64,000 nucleotides of DNA. Source: Candidatus Omnitrophota bacterium (GTDB lineage Bacteria > Omnitrophota > Gorgyraeia > Zapsychrales > Zapsychraceae). Numbering within the stretch: the stretch's first letter is position 1; every line of letters starts with the position of its first letter. Made by a program: the position numbers and the translations under genes. Under the pieces are notes generated by a model. The model did no database searches and was not told where the DNA came from. It saw only the letters and a program-made list of their open reading frames with translations. The DNA lies in NCBI GenBank assembly GCA_029261065.1, contig JAJDCB010000024.1, forward strand, positions 12,129 through 76,128, written 5' to 3'. Below are positions 63,109-64,000 of this stretch, piece after piece.

Positions 63109-64000
63109 TTATTTAAAATGGAAACCAGAATTGGAATTATTCTCAGGATAAGCTGGTTCTGGGTTTTGATTATTTGGATGGTATCGAACGGGTCGATGAT
63201 CTAGAGATCGAGCTTTTTTGATAAGGTCAATAAACTCTCCTCGATAACCATTAACATCCTTGCCTCTTGTCTGTTGAGCGGTATGAAGAATACGATCATA
63301 CGAAGCGTGAGCTTTGTAGGCTGAGTTTTTTAGCAACAATCCAAATTCAGCCACACTCGCGGCGAACTGAAAGTCATGACCTGGTCGATTTGTAATGTCA
63401 TTGTGCTTAACAATCTTTTTGATCAATCTACTGTTTGATTGATTTGGTTCTTTGTAGCGAAGCTTAACGGTCATCATCTCATGGTTGCTCCAAGGATTTC
63501 TTTTTTGATATTTCAATTCATCGACACCTGCTTGATGAGGCGTTTGTCCTTTGTATGTTGGTACAATTTCATAAAAAGCTGTCACCGTATGCCCCGCCCC
63601 AATCTCACCGGCATCGATGCGATCGTTATTAAAATCACGATTGGCTAGCGCTCGATTTTCATAACCAATTAATCGATATCCTTCAACTTGTTGAGGATTA
63701 AATTCAACTTGTATTTTGACATCTTTTGCAATGGTAAACAGCGTCGATCCAAGTTCCGCAACAAGAACTTTGTGTGCTTCATCATTGGAATCAATGTAAC
63801 TGTAATGACCATTACCTTTATCAGCGATTTGTTCCAATTTTCCATCTTTCAAATTACCAGTTCCAAATCCTAGGATACTTAAAAAGACACCTTCGCGTCT
63901 TTTATTTTCTATGATTTGAACTAACTCTTGATCAGAGCTGACACCAACATTAAAATCACCATCTGTAGCAAGAAGAATACGATTGTTACCCTTACGGATA
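63109..64000 (-). CDS. VWA-domain / DUF3520 protein (YfbK-like), 5'-truncated by the window edge
   Basis: Frame extends to the edge: NRILLATDGDFNVG, LGFGTGN, TIAKDVKIQVEFNP, YRLIGYENR, DAGEIGAGHTVTA. Confidence 0.9.
   Translation of the reverse strand, partial: IRKGNNRILLATDGDFNVGVSSDQELVQIIENKRREGVFLSILGFGTGNLKDGKLEQIADKGNGHYSYIDSNDEAHKVLVAELGSTLFTIAKDVKIQVEFNPQQVEGYRLIGYENRALANRDFNNDRIDAGEIGAGHTVTAFYEIVPTYKGQTPHQAGVDELKYQKRNPWSNHEMMTVKLRYKEPNQSNSRLIKKIVKHNDITNRPGHDFQFAASVAEFGLLLKNSAYKAHASYDRILHTAQQTRGKDVNGYRGEFIDLIKKARSLDHRPVRYHPNNQNPEPAYPENNSNSGFHFK

Overview
A low-GC bacterial chromosomal window, almost entirely minus-strand, with no rRNA, tRNA, CRISPR array, integrase or transposase that I could see. 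It is mostly housekeeping and respiration genes: a partial triple-ATP-cone nrdA with tandem NrdR boxes, an aquaporin-tpx-sodA stress operon, a classical menaquinone cluster (menG/F/D/B/A/C/E plus a convergent thioesterase, no menH), trxB, a 2-oxoacid:ferredoxin oxidoreductase pair, bioB, thiC, a Fur-led TroABCD-type Mn/Zn ABC operon, aroC, leuCD-ilvD, acnA, a B12 radical SAM gene, a ferredoxin with small membrane-protein genes, and an A-type cytochrome c oxidase operon with heme a and copper assembly genes. A PVC-group, Omnitrophota-like origin is my inference from protein styles and is not verified. The most striking element is an operon of three collinear, length-matched, signal-peptide-bearing fibre proteins with C-terminal Peptidase_S74 autochaperone domains (8196-14017). 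It sits where menH normally lies, has no phage context, and is a candidate cell-encoded (possibly heterotrimeric) host/prey-recognition fibre system. Other leads are a large FabX/nitronate-monooxygenase-like FMN/Fe-S protein divergent from bioB, a blue-copper-motif protein and a CxxC microprotein in the cox operon, an inverse autotransporter, many apparently leaderless promoters, a 98-bp MITE, and several structured intergenic repeats. All family calls come from reading motifs by eye; no searches were run.
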